A stretch of 64,000 nucleotides of DNA from Clostridiaceae bacterium (lineage in GTDB: Bacteria; Bacillota; Clostridia; Oscillospirales; QAMX01). Position numbers and translations under genes: made by a program. The stretch covers positions 40,499 through 104,498 of the forward strand of contig JAYFRF010000004.1 of NCBI GenBank assembly GCA_034926225.1, read 5' to 3'. Shown here one piece after another: positions 24,014 to 33,233 of this stretch. The notes under the pieces are model-generated. The model was not told the DNA's origin, did not search any database, and saw only the letters and a list, made by a program, of their open reading frames with translations. Numbering within the stretch: the stretch's first letter is position 1; each line of letters starts with the position of its first letter.

Positions 24014-25114
24014 ATGACGAAGGCACGCCAAATTCTGACCGTATCGATGCTCTGTCTGTTAATCGGCGTCTTCTGCGTTCTGCATATAGCACTTCCCGAC
24101 GCCAAAACCTCCACTTCCGAGAGGCGGAAGCTTGCATCGGTTCCGAAAATCACTATAGAAAGCATTTTTTCGAGTAAATTTTCCGGTGATCTGGAGACGT
24201 ATCTCTTAGACCAATTCCCGGCACGCGACGGGTTCCGCATGTTGAAAGCGATCGTGCGTTTGGCTGTATTCCGGCAGTCGGACAACAACGGCATTTACCT
24301 TGCGGAAACGCCAAACGGTACGCAGATCTGTAAACAGGAGTATCCGACCAAGGAAAATCAGGTGCAGCTCGCGATCAGGAAGATGAATTCGGTTTATGAG
24401 ACATATCTTGAGGGTATGAACGTTTATTACGCCATTGTACCGGATAAGAATTATTATATTGCCGGGCCTGCCGGACAGCCAGCGCTGGATTACGCGCGGA
24501 TACGGCAGCTGATGCGGGAAAGCATGGCGAATATGACCTATATCGACCTGTTTGACACGCTGACGATTAACGATTACTACCGCACCGACACACATTGGAA
24601 GCAGGAAAAGCTGGAGCCGGTCGTCAAAAAGCTTGCGGAAACGATGGGATTTGCCTATCGGTGGGAGTATGAGACCCACACGCTTGCTCCCTTCCGCGGC
24701 GTTTACTACGGGCAGTCCGCATTGGCTGTCGAACCGGACACATTGACATATCTGACGAACGCCGCCACAGAGAGTGCGACGGTGACCAGCGTCGAGGAAG
24801 CGGAGCCCCTTCCCGTGTACACGACCGACCTTTTTGCGGGGATAGATGGGTATGACACGTACCTTTCCGGTGCACAGGCGCTTATGACGATCGTGAATCC
24901 GGACGCCGCGACTGACCGTGAGCTGATCATTTTCCGCGATTCTTTCGGGTCGTCCATTGCGCCGCTGCTCATCGATTCGTATGCGAAAATAACGCTGATC
25001 GACCTACGTTATGTCTCCTCCGCGCTTTTAGGGCGCTTTGTGGAGTTTGCCGATCAGGATGTTTTGTTCCTCTACAGTACGCTGATTTTAAACAGCGGAG
25101 GGATATTGAAATAA
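24014..25114 (+). CDS. DHHW family membrane-anchored protein (AlgJ/PatB-like partner)
   Basis: N-terminal TM anchor, ERRKLA..P, DQFPARD.F, YYRTDTHW (DHHW variant), IFRDSFG, DLRY. Confidence 0.8.
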   Translation: MTKARQILTVSMLCLLIGVFCVLHIALPDAKTSTSERRKLASVPKITIESIFSSKFSGDLETYLLDQFPARDGFRMLKAIVRLAVFRQSDNNGIYLAETPNGTQICKQEYPTKENQVQLAIRKMNSVYETYLEGMNVYYAIVPDKNYYIAGPAGQPALDYARIRQLMRESMANMTYIDLFDTLTINDYYRTDTHWKQEKLEPVVKKLAETMGFAYRWEYETHTLAPFRGVYYGQSALAVEPDTLTYLTNAATESATVTSVEEAEPLPVYTTDLFAGIDGYDTYLSGAQALMTIVNPDAATDRELIIFRDSFGSSIAPLLIDSYAKITLIDLRYVSSALLGRFVEFADQDVLFLYSTLILNSGGILK

Positions 25115-25115
25115 G

Positions 25116-25156
25116 AAAACGCCCATCTTCCTTTTTTAGGAAGGTGGGCATTTTTT
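25116..25156. terminator. Bidirectional terminator
   Basis: AAAAC-GCCCATCTTCCT-ttttt-AGGAAGGTGGGC-ATTTTTT between convergent genes. Confidence 0.7.
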
Positions 25157-25157
25157 A

Positions 25158-25433
25158 CTATAGGATGTAGAGCACGGCTGCGATGACAATGTGCAGAATC
25201 AGGATGGCGGGCATGCCGATAACGAAGGATCGATGTTTCGTCTTGTGGCGAAAGACAGACATGCCGAGGTTTGCGCCGACGGAGCCGCCGATGAGCGCGG
25301 TGAAAAACAGCACCCGTTCCCGGATACGACGAGCTCCCGCCTTGGCGCGATGTTTGTCTGCGCCCATCTGACAGAAGGCGACAAGGTTAATGATGACGAG
25401 GTAAGCGATAAGCAGAACAACGAAGATATCCAT
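25158..25433 (-). CDS. DUF1294 family small membrane protein
   Basis: INLVAF..MGADK.RA...RRIRE..LF..ALIGGSVG...GM..FRHKTKH. Confidence 0.9.
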   Translation of the reverse strand: MDIFVVLLIAYLVIINLVAFCQMGADKHRAKAGARRIRERVLFFTALIGGSVGANLGMSVFRHKTKHRSFVIGMPAILILHIVIAAVLYIL

Positions 25434-25443
25434 AATATATGTA

Positions 25444-26529
25444 TTAGAGCGTCCAGTGAGTGTACAGGAAAGAGCAGTTTTTATCTCCCGGGAATTTATG
25501 GTAGTAGACCGTCAGGATGGAGCCGTCCGCAAGCTCGACGGAAGCGGGGTAGCCGAGATCGACGTCGGTGCCGGGATACAGTTCCATATCGCGCGTCCAG
25601 GTAGCGCCTTCATCGTAGCTGATCATCACGCGCTCGCCGAAGGGCTCCTCGCGGCGACCGTAGGCGCAGATGACGGCGCCGGAGGAATGAACGAGCAGAT
25701 GCGGCGGAGAACCGGAGACGTCGGTGTAGGTGGGCACGCTCCACGTCAGGCCCCCGTCGTCGGAGTAGGTCTGGAACATGGAGAATTTTTTCGCGTACGG
25801 AGAGCCGTCCGCACGATCCTGGAAGCGAATCATACCGAGGATGCGGCCGGAGGGAAGCTCAATGGCATGCGGCTCATGGAAATTATCCCAGATCGTACCT
25901 TCCGGGAGCGGCATAGTGCCGGCTTCCGTCCAGGTCAGGCCGCCGTCCGCGGAGCGGTAGGCCATGACAACGCTCTCGTAGCGGTGGTATTCGTCGCGGG
26001 GGCGGGCTGACTTGTCGGAGTACATGACCTTGCCAAGATAGAGGATGGTACCGTCACGGAGGACGCAGGGACCGTGGGGGGAACTGACCTCGAGCTTTTG
26101 CGCGGGTGTCCAGGAAAAACCTCGGTCAAAGCTTAAACGGACGTGGGAGCCCTGCGCGGCACGGTCGTACTGCTCCGATAAATCCATATATGTACGATTG
26201 AGGATATTCTGCGGTTCGGTGCGTTCAGGATAGGCGCAGTAGCGCAGGGGATGGTTAAACCATGTGAGGAGCAGCCTGTCGCCGCCTAGATGCACGATAC
26301 CGGCGTCGCGGTCGTCGAGGACGGTGTCGTTGACGACAACGGGAGACGACCAGGTACAGCCGTCGTCGAAGCTGTAAAAAAGCTCCGTTTTACCGAACGG
26401 GCAGACATGCGAGGTACGTTCCCCGGAGCAGGCGGCGACGAGGGTGTGGGTGTCGATGCGGGCGACGCTGCCCCAGCCGAAGTAGCCAAAGAGACTTTCC
26501 GGTTTGCGACAAATAATACCGTGTTCCAT
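25444..26529 (-). CDS. BNR/Asp-box beta-propeller, sialidase-family protein without a signal peptide
   Basis: Five Asp boxes (SFDDGCTW, SFDRGFSW, SADGGLTW, SDDGGLTW, SYDEGATW); HEP...LPSGRILGMIR; DLGYP. Start at ATG 26529 after GGAGG. Confidence 0.8.
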   Translation of the reverse strand: MEHGIICRKPESLFGYFGWGSVARIDTHTLVAACSGERTSHVCPFGKTELFYSFDDGCTWSSPVVVNDTVLDDRDAGIVHLGGDRLLLTWFNHPLRYCAYPERTEPQNILNRTYMDLSEQYDRAAQGSHVRLSFDRGFSWTPAQKLEVSSPHGPCVLRDGTILYLGKVMYSDKSARPRDEYHRYESVVMAYRSADGGLTWTEAGTMPLPEGTIWDNFHEPHAIELPSGRILGMIRFQDRADGSPYAKKFSMFQTYSDDGGLTWSVPTYTDVSGSPPHLLVHSSGAVICAYGRREEPFGERVMISYDEGATWTRDMELYPGTDVDLGYPASVELADGSILTVYYHKFPGDKNCSFLYTHWTL

Positions 26530-26546
26530 ACTCGAAAACCTCCGAA

Positions 26547-27656
26547 TCAAACAAGTTTTGGGACTGTGATATTTTTTTTCATAACAAGCTGGCCGGATAG
26601 GCTGTAGGGGACGGAGGCGAAACGAAAGCCGCACTTTTGGTACAGGCGGATGGCCGCTTTGTTGCGCTGAGCGACGTGCAGGCGCAGGGTTTCGCGTCCC
26701 ATAGCGCGGTAGACGACGGTAGCGTGTCCAACGAGCTGCATCCCAAGACCACGATAGCGATACTCAGGCTCAAGATAAATCAGGGAGATGTGTCCGATAT
26801 CCTTTTCATCGTGTTGGTCGGCGTCAAGAAGCAGCATCCCTGCAAGGGTATCGCCGTCCATGCAAAGGGTCGCGAGTCCGGTACGCCCGGTAATCCTGCG
26901 GGTATTGTCACGAAAGATCGCGGGGAGATACTCGCTGAGGTTGCCAAAGACGGCATACCATGCGTCACGGCCGATGCGGTCAATGATTTCTGCATCGCGG
27001 TCGGGGCGGATGTCGTCGAACCAGAGATCGGTCTGATCCTTGCGGAACAGCTCGGCGGAGGGGATGCCGGCGCGGGTGAGATGGGACAAATCCGGCGGAG
27101 AGACGATCTTCCAACGGCCATCGGTATAGGAAAGTGTGGTCACCGAGGTATTTCCGGCAAGATCGAGTTTGGTTTGCGGTAACACAGCGCCGAGAAAAAT
27201 GGAAATAGCGCCGCCGTGAGAGACAACCGCGACGGATTCGCCGTCATGGCGGCGGGCGATGCCGGTCAGCGAGGAGACCATGCGCGAAGCGACGTCGGGG
27301 ATGCGTTCACCGCCGAAACTGTCAAGTGTGTAAACAGGGGCCGAACGCAAAACCGGAACCTCACGGTAGACGTTACCCCAGGAGCGGCCTTCGAGAGAAC
27401 CGAGGTGGATTTCGCGGAGGGCCGTGTCGCCGGTCAATTTCAGGCGCTGCGGTTTGGCGATCGCCATGGCGGTGGCGGCGGTGCGGTAGAGGTCGCTTGT
27501 GTAGACGGCAGCGAGAGGAATGGACTTAAAACGGGCGCCGAGCGCGCGGCATTGGGCAAGACCTGTTGCGGACAGCAGCTCATCGTCGTGCCCCTGACAG
27601 ATGCGAAACAGATTCCCTTCGGATTCCGCGTGACGGATCAGATAGATGGTTGTCAT
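26547..27656 (-). CDS. Histidine phosphatase (PGM-like)-GNAT acetyltransferase fusion
   Basis: N-terminal LIRHAESEGN, LREIHLG..EG, VSHGG; C-terminal GHISLIYLEPEYRYRGLGMQL...NKAAIRLYQKCGF. Confidence 0.85.
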   Translation of the reverse strand: MTTIYLIRHAESEGNLFRICQGHDDELLSATGLAQCRALGARFKSIPLAAVYTSDLYRTAATAMAIAKPQRLKLTGDTALREIHLGSLEGRSWGNVYREVPVLRSAPVYTLDSFGGERIPDVASRMVSSLTGIARRHDGESVAVVSHGGAISIFLGAVLPQTKLDLAGNTSVTTLSYTDGRWKIVSPPDLSHLTRAGIPSAELFRKDQTDLWFDDIRPDRDAEIIDRIGRDAWYAVFGNLSEYLPAIFRDNTRRITGRTGLATLCMDGDTLAGMLLLDADQHDEKDIGHISLIYLEPEYRYRGLGMQLVGHATVVYRAMGRETLRLHVAQRNKAAIRLYQKCGFRFASVPYSLSGQLVMKKNITVPKLV

Positions 27657-27683
27657 CGTCGTACAAATCCTTTTGGATGGTAT

Positions 27684-30600
27684 TTAGGGCTTGGTGTAGG
27701 CGGCGATCATCATCCGCGCAAGCTCAAGAGGTTTGTCGCTTAACCGCAGCCGGACGGAGATATAGGGCTTTTCGCCGGCGTTGAGTAGAACGCGGCCTTT
27801 TAACGTGGGGAGCGCGCAGAGTCTGCCGATGGCTTCGAAATCGGGGGAGGCAAGAGTAAGCATCAGAGTGCCGTTCTTTTGGGTGATATCGGTGATATTC
27901 GCACGCGAAGCGTCGGCGCGGAGCATGGCGATGGAGATGAGGTTTTGTACAGCAGCCGGGGGTTCTCCGTAACGGTCGCAAAGCTCATCCGTGACGTCCT
28001 CGGCGTCGTCTTTTTCCTTAATGAAGGCAATGCGGCGATAAAGATCCATTCGTTCTTCGGCGATGGGGACGTAATCCTCGGGGATATGGGCGGTAACGGC
28101 AAGCTCGGCGGAGCAATCGGGGCGTTTTTGCACTTGCTCGCCGCGCTCCTCGAGAACAGCTTCCTCAAGAAGCCGCAGATACATGTCGTAGCCGACGTCG
28201 GTCATGTGGCCGGACTGCTCGGTACCGAGGATATTACCCGCACCGCGGATCTCAAGGTCACGAAGCGCGATCTGGAAGCCCGCGCCGAAACCCGCGAACT
28301 CGCGCATGGCGGAGAGACGCTTCGAGCCATCCTCGGTGAGAACCTTGCCCCGTTTATAGGTGAGGTACGCGTACGCATGACGCGGAGAGCGTCCGACGCG
28401 GCCGCGAATCTGATGGAGCTGCGCAAGCCCTAAGCGATCGGCGTCCTCGATGATGAGGGTATTGACGTTCGGAATGTCGATACCGGTTTCGATAATGGTT
28501 GTGCAGACGAGAACCTGCAATTCGCCGTCGGACATCGCGCGCATGACCTCGGAGAGGGCATCCTCGGACATCTGCCCGTGTGCAACAGCGATGCTGATGT
28601 CGGGGAGGGCGGCTTTCAGTTTAGCGGCGCAGCGTTCGATGGTTTCGACGCGGTTATAGAGGTAATACACCTGCCCGCCGCGGGTGGCCTCACGGCGGAT
28701 GGCGTCGAAGATGACACCGGCGTCGTATTCGAGGACATAGGTCTGCACGGGCTGACGGTCGCGGGGGGCTTCCTCGAGGGTGCTCATATCGCGCACGCCG
28801 GTGAGCGCCATGTTAAGGGTACGCGGGATCGGCGTCGCGGTCATCGTCAGCGTATCGACGTTGCGGGCGATATCGCGGAGGCGTTCCTTATGGGTAACGC
28901 CGAAACGCTGTTCCTCGTCAATGACGAGAAGCCCGAGATCGTGGAAGCGGAGATCCTTGGAAAGCAGCTTATGGGTACCGACGATGACGTCGAGCAGACC
29001 GCTTGAGAGCTTGCGCTGGATTTCACGCACCTCGGTAGGCGACTGGAAGCGGGAGAGGACTGCGATCTTGACGGGATAGCCGGAAAAGCGGCGGACGGCG
29101 GTCATATAATGCTGCCGCGCGAGGACGGTCGTCGGGACGAGGATCGCGGCCTGCTTGTTTGTCAGGACGCATTTCATGATGGCGCGGAAAGCGACCTCGG
29201 TTTTGCCGAAGCCGACGTCACCGCAAAGTAGGCGATCCATCGGCGCGGATTCCTCCATGTCCGCCTTGATCTCCGCGGTACAACGGAGCTGGGCGTCTGT
29301 TTCGGTATACTCAAAGGCATCCTCGAACTCCTTCTGCCAGGCGTCGTCTTTAGGGAATTTAAACCCGGGGCGGCGTTTGCGTTCGGCGTAGATGGCGATG
29401 AGCTTCTTCGCCATGTCTTTGGCGGCAGCCTTGGCGCGTGATTTGGTCTTCTGCCATTCGGAACCGCCGAGCTTATTGAGACGTGCCTGCGTTTCCTCCC
29501 CGCCGCCGCCGATGTACTTCGACACCATGTCGAGCTGCGTCGCGGGAATAAAAAGCGTATCGGTACCGGCGTACTGAAGCCGGATGTAGTCGCGCAGGCC
29601 ATTGTCGGTTTTGATTTTCTCGATGCCGATGAAGCGGCCGATCCCGTGTTGATCGTGGACGATCAGGTCGCCGGGGGAAAGATCGGAGAAGGATTTAATC
29701 TTTTCGCCGGCTTTTTTCTTTGCGACACGCGGCTTTTTCGTCACCTGAGCGGCCATGATCTGACCTTCGGTGACAACGGCGAGCTTTGCAGTGGGATATT
29801 CGATGCCGGCGGAGAGGTTGCCGATGCCGACGGTGACGGTGCCCGGAGCCGGTGCTTCGGCGAGGTTAAAGTCGATACGAGCGCCGGTATCGGAGAGCAT
29901 GCTTTCAAGATGCTCCGCGCGGCGGTCGGAGGTCGCGAGGACGATGGTGGCGTAGCCCTCGCGTTTGTAGTGCTGGACGTCGGAGACGGCGGTTTCAAGA
30001 CTGCCGCCGTAGCTCGGGAGCTGCTTTGCGATGATGGTGAGGATGGCGCGGGGACGGGGGATGAGCGCCCCGCTGATGAAGCTTTCGAGCATGACGGTCG
30101 CTTTGGCCGGCATATCGGCGGCAAGCGCATCGTAATCGCGGGCAAATTCTGTTTGCGAAGGGGTGATCACACCGGACTCCAGCAGATTTTTGATATCCTC
30201 GTTCATCTGCCAGGCAAAACCCTCGGCCCGTTCGCGGATACGCCCCGTTTCGTCAAGGAACAGGACGCCGGTACGGGGGAGAAAGTCGTAGGCGGTGTGC
30301 AGTTCGGGGTAAATCTGCGGCAGATAGCGGTCGAGCGCGGGAAACAGACCGGTTTCCTTCAGGCGCTCGAGGTCCGCGTGCAGCGTGTCGAGCAGTCCTT
30401 CTGGGATCTTTTTACGGCGGGCGCTCGCGGAAATCAGCTTGCGGATGGCTTCGGCCAAGCCCTCCGCACCGCCGGGGGCGGCGTCCGGGAGGGCTTCCCG
30501 CGCCGGAATAACGACACAGGTGTCGGTATTTTCAGTGCGCCGCTGAGAATCGGGATCGAAGAAACCCATCGCGTCGATCTCATCGCCGAAGAAGTCGACA

Positions 30601-31172
30601 CGAACGGGGGAAGCGTGTGCGGGGGAGTAGACGTCGACGATGCCGCCGCGCAGAGCGAATTGTCCATAACCTTCCACACGGTCGCAGCGGGTATAGCCGG
30701 ACGCGACGAGATGGGCGGCGAGCACTTTCGGCTCGATGGTCTGCCCGAGTTTGAGCGTCAGGCTGCGTGCGCGAAGCGTATCGGGAGACATGGTGCGCAG
30801 AAGAAGAGCGTCAGGCGTGGTGACGACGATGGGGGTCGTACCTAAGACAAGCCCGTAAAGAGTGCGCAGGCGGAGGATTTCCCATTCACGGGAAGCGGAC
30901 TCGACGTTTACAAAGACAGGCTCACGGTAGGGCAGCAGCGCGACTTCTTCGCCCGAAAGAACGGAAAGATCGGCGGAAAGTCGGCGGCATTCCAGCTCAT
31001 CCGCGCAGACAACGGCCAAAGGCCGTCCGGTGAAGCGCCGGACGGCTGCAATGACGTGAGCCTTATGGGGAAGCGAGAGTCCGCCGACAGCGGTGACGGT
31101 GCCATCGCGGATACGCTGCATAAGCTGTTCAAATTCGGGTAAAGCCCGTAGGGCTTGACATAATCCTAGCAA
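27684..31172 (-). CDS. mfd: Transcription-repair coupling factor
   Basis: ALRGGIVD, CarD-like domain (VHDQHGIGRF), Walker A CGDVGFGKTE, DEEQRFGV, TATPIPRT, QIRGRVGRS, DLEIRGAGNILG, TRCF domain. TTG start with RBS GGAGGT. Confidence 0.97.
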   Translation of the reverse strand: MLGLCQALRALPEFEQLMQRIRDGTVTAVGGLSLPHKAHVIAAVRRFTGRPLAVVCADELECRRLSADLSVLSGEEVALLPYREPVFVNVESASREWEILRLRTLYGLVLGTTPIVVTTPDALLLRTMSPDTLRARSLTLKLGQTIEPKVLAAHLVASGYTRCDRVEGYGQFALRGGIVDVYSPAHASPVRVDFFGDEIDAMGFFDPDSQRRTENTDTCVVIPAREALPDAAPGGAEGLAEAIRKLISASARRKKIPEGLLDTLHADLERLKETGLFPALDRYLPQIYPELHTAYDFLPRTGVLFLDETGRIRERAEGFAWQMNEDIKNLLESGVITPSQTEFARDYDALAADMPAKATVMLESFISGALIPRPRAILTIIAKQLPSYGGSLETAVSDVQHYKREGYATIVLATSDRRAEHLESMLSDTGARIDFNLAEAPAPGTVTVGIGNLSAGIEYPTAKLAVVTEGQIMAAQVTKKPRVAKKKAGEKIKSFSDLSPGDLIVHDQHGIGRFIGIEKIKTDNGLRDYIRLQYAGTDTLFIPATQLDMVSKYIGGGGEETQARLNKLGGSEWQKTKSRAKAAAKDMAKKLIAIYAERKRRPGFKFPKDDAWQKEFEDAFEYTETDAQLRCTAEIKADMEESAPMDRLLCGDVGFGKTEVAFRAIMKCVLTNKQAAILVPTTVLARQHYMTAVRRFSGYPVKIAVLSRFQSPTEVREIQRKLSSGLLDVIVGTHKLLSKDLRFHDLGLLVIDEEQRFGVTHKERLRDIARNVDTLTMTATPIPRTLNMALTGVRDMSTLEEAPRDRQPVQTYVLEYDAGVIFDAIRREATRGGQVYYLYNRVETIERCAAKLKAALPDISIAVAHGQMSEDALSEVMRAMSDGELQVLVCTTIIETGIDIPNVNTLIIEDADRLGLAQLHQIRGRVGRSPRHAYAYLTYKRGKVLTEDGSKRLSAMREFAGFGAGFQIALRDLEIRGAGNILGTEQSGHMTDVGYDMYLRLLEEAVLEERGEQVQKRPDCSAELAVTAHIPEDYVPIAEERMDLYRRIAFIKEKDDAEDVTDELCDRYGEPPAAVQNLISIAMLRADASRANITDITQKNGTLMLTLASPDFEAIGRLCALPTLKGRVLLNAGEKPYISVRLRLSDKPLELARMMIAAYTKP

Positions 31173-31196
31173 TCCATTACCTCCGAAGAAAGAGGG

Positions 31197-32639
31197 TTAA
31201 ACACGCGACCACTGTACGCCCTGGGGGGTATCGGTGAGGGCAATGCCCATAGCATTGAGCTGATTGCGGATACGGTCGGCTTCGGCATAATTTTTCGCCT
31301 TTTTCGCGACGGTGCGGGCTTCGATCAGCGCGAGAATCTCGGCATCGGCCTCCGTCTCGGCAGGAACGGTTTCCTTTTTGGCGCGCTGTGTTTCGGCGGC
31401 GGAAAGGAGATTTAAAGACAATACCGTATCAAACTCGCCGATCAAAGACAGTTTGGCGGCATCAGGCAGATCAGATTTCAGAAGATCATACACCGCCGTC
31501 AGCGCAAGCGAGGTGTTAACGTCGTTATCCATCGCGTCGCGGAAGGCCTTGCGATACGGGGCCGCGGCCTCGTCGTCAAGCGCGCCCTTCGACGGATCGA
31601 GTGAGGCCATCGCCGGGTCAAGCCCGGCGATACGGTCGACGAGCTTGTTATACGCGGCGGCAGCGTTGTCGAGGTTTGCATAGGAGAAGATGAGCGGGCG
31701 GCGATAATGGGACTGGAGGCAGAAGAAGCGGTAGGCGATAGGGTCGTAACCTTTTTGCTCAAGCAGCGAAACCGTGAGAAATTCGCCCTTCGACTTCGAC
31801 ATTTTGCCGGTATCGTTTAAAAGATGCATGACATGGAACCAGTAATTACACCACTTGTGGCCGATATAGGCTTCACTCTGCGCAATTTCGTTCGTATGAT
31901 GCGGGAACGCGTTGTCAATGCCGCCGCAGTGGATGTCGAGGTACTCGCCGAGATACTTAAGACTGATGCCGGAGCATTCGATATGCCAGCCGGGGTAACC
32001 GACGCCCCAGGGGCTGTCCCATTTCAATTCCTGATCGTCGAACTTGGATTTCGTAAACCAGAGCACGAAATCCTCCTTATTATGCTTGGAAAAATCCTCT
32101 TCCACACCCTCGCGGACGCCGGAAAGAAGGTTTTCACGTTCGTGCTTGTTGAAAACATAGTATTCGTCGAGCTTAGCGGTGTCAAAATATACATTGCCGT
32201 CAGCGATATAAGCGTAGCCCTTCTTGAGCAGTCCGTCGACGAGTTGAATGTACTCGTCGATGCACCCGGTGGCGGGCTGCACAATGTCGGGACGGCGGAT
32301 GTTCAGCTTTGCGCAGTCGGAGAAGAACGCGTCTGTGTAGTACTGCGCGATTTCCATGACGGTCTTATGCTCACGGCGCGCACCTTTGAGCATTTTATCC
32401 TCACCGGTATCGGCATCACTGGAGAGGTGACCGACGTCGGTGATGTTCATGACGCGGCGGACGTCGTACCCTAAGTAGCGCAGGTACTTTTCAAGAATAT
32501 CCTCGCAGATATAGCTGCGAAGGTTGCCGATATGCGCGTAGTGATAAACGGTCGGACCGCAGGTGTACATACGGACGACGCCGGGTTCATGCGGGACGAA
32601 TTCTTCGCGCGTATGGGTGAGACTGTTATACAGCAGCAT
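31197..32639 (-). CDS. cysS: Cysteine--tRNA ligase
   Basis: CGPTVY..AHIGN (HIGH), [25 protein letters not shown]. Confidence 0.97.
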   Translation of the reverse strand: MLLYNSLTHTREEFVPHEPGVVRMYTCGPTVYHYAHIGNLRSYICEDILEKYLRYLGYDVRRVMNITDVGHLSSDADTGEDKMLKGARREHKTVMEIAQYYTDAFFSDCAKLNIRRPDIVQPATGCIDEYIQLVDGLLKKGYAYIADGNVYFDTAKLDEYYVFNKHERENLLSGVREGVEEDFSKHNKEDFVLWFTKSKFDDQELKWDSPWGVGYPGWHIECSGISLKYLGEYLDIHCGGIDNAFPHHTNEIAQSEAYIGHKWCNYWFHVMHLLNDTGKMSKSKGEFLTVSLLEQKGYDPIAYRFFCLQSHYRRPLIFSYANLDNAAAAYNKLVDRIAGLDPAMASLDPSKGALDDEAAAPYRKAFRDAMDNDVNTSLALTAVYDLLKSDLPDAAKLSLIGEFDTVLSLNLLSAAETQRAKKETVPAETEADAEILALIEARTVAKKAKNYAEADRIRNQLNAMGIALTDTPQGVQWSRV

Positions 32640-32651
32640 GAGAACGACTCC

Positions 32652-33203
32652 TTATTTTTTACGCACGCCGGTGTGAATCAACGTGCGGTTTGTCCAGAAG
32701 TAATCGACGCCGGACCAGAGCGTCACGGCGGCGGCGATCCAGGAGAGTGCGGTTTCCAAGACCGCGCCTCCCGGCATCCAAACGGAGGGCCAGAGGAGAA
32801 AGATGATCGCGACGGTGAGCTGCACGGCGGTTTTGACCTTGCCGGAGAACGCGGCGGAGAGGAGTGTGCCTTCCCCCATCGCGACGACGCGCAGGGAGGA
32901 GACGGCATACTCGCGCGCGACAATAAGGACGACTGGGATAACGCCCATGCGTCCCTGCGCGAGGAACAAAAGATATGCCGTACCGACGAGCAGCTTGTCG
33001 GCGAGGGGATCCATGATCTTCCCGAAGGACGTCACAAGGTCATATTTACGCGCCAGATATCCGTCCAGCTTATCGGTCAGGGCTGCCGCGATAAACAACA
33101 GAATCGCAAGATACGGAGAAACGGTCCATGAAGTCAGGGAGAACAGAACAAAAAAGGGAATCAGAAGGATACGCAGGATCGTCAGTCTGTTGGGAAGCGT
33201 CAC
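32652..33203 (-). CDS. pgsA: CDP-diacylglycerol--glycerol-3-phosphate 3-phosphatidyltransferase
   Basis: LPNRLTILR, TDKLDGYLARK...TSFGK.MDPLADK, REY, GKVKT. Confidence 0.95.
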   Translation of the reverse strand: MTLPNRLTILRILLIPFFVLFSLTSWTVSPYLAILLFIAAALTDKLDGYLARKYDLVTSFGKIMDPLADKLLVGTAYLLFLAQGRMGVIPVVLIVAREYAVSSLRVVAMGEGTLLSAAFSGKVKTAVQLTVAIIFLLWPSVWMPGGAVLETALSWIAAAVTLWSGVDYFWTNRTLIHTGVRKK

Positions 33204-33233
33204 GCGGCAGACCTCCTTTGGTATGAGATGGAA

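Noticed and set aside
15729-30845. Long antisense ORFs (for example 15729..16835, 17086..18108, 29646..30845) as real genes
   Set aside because: They lie opposite well-supported genes, show no recognisable motifs or RBS, and are the expected stop-poor shadows of GC-rich codon usage.
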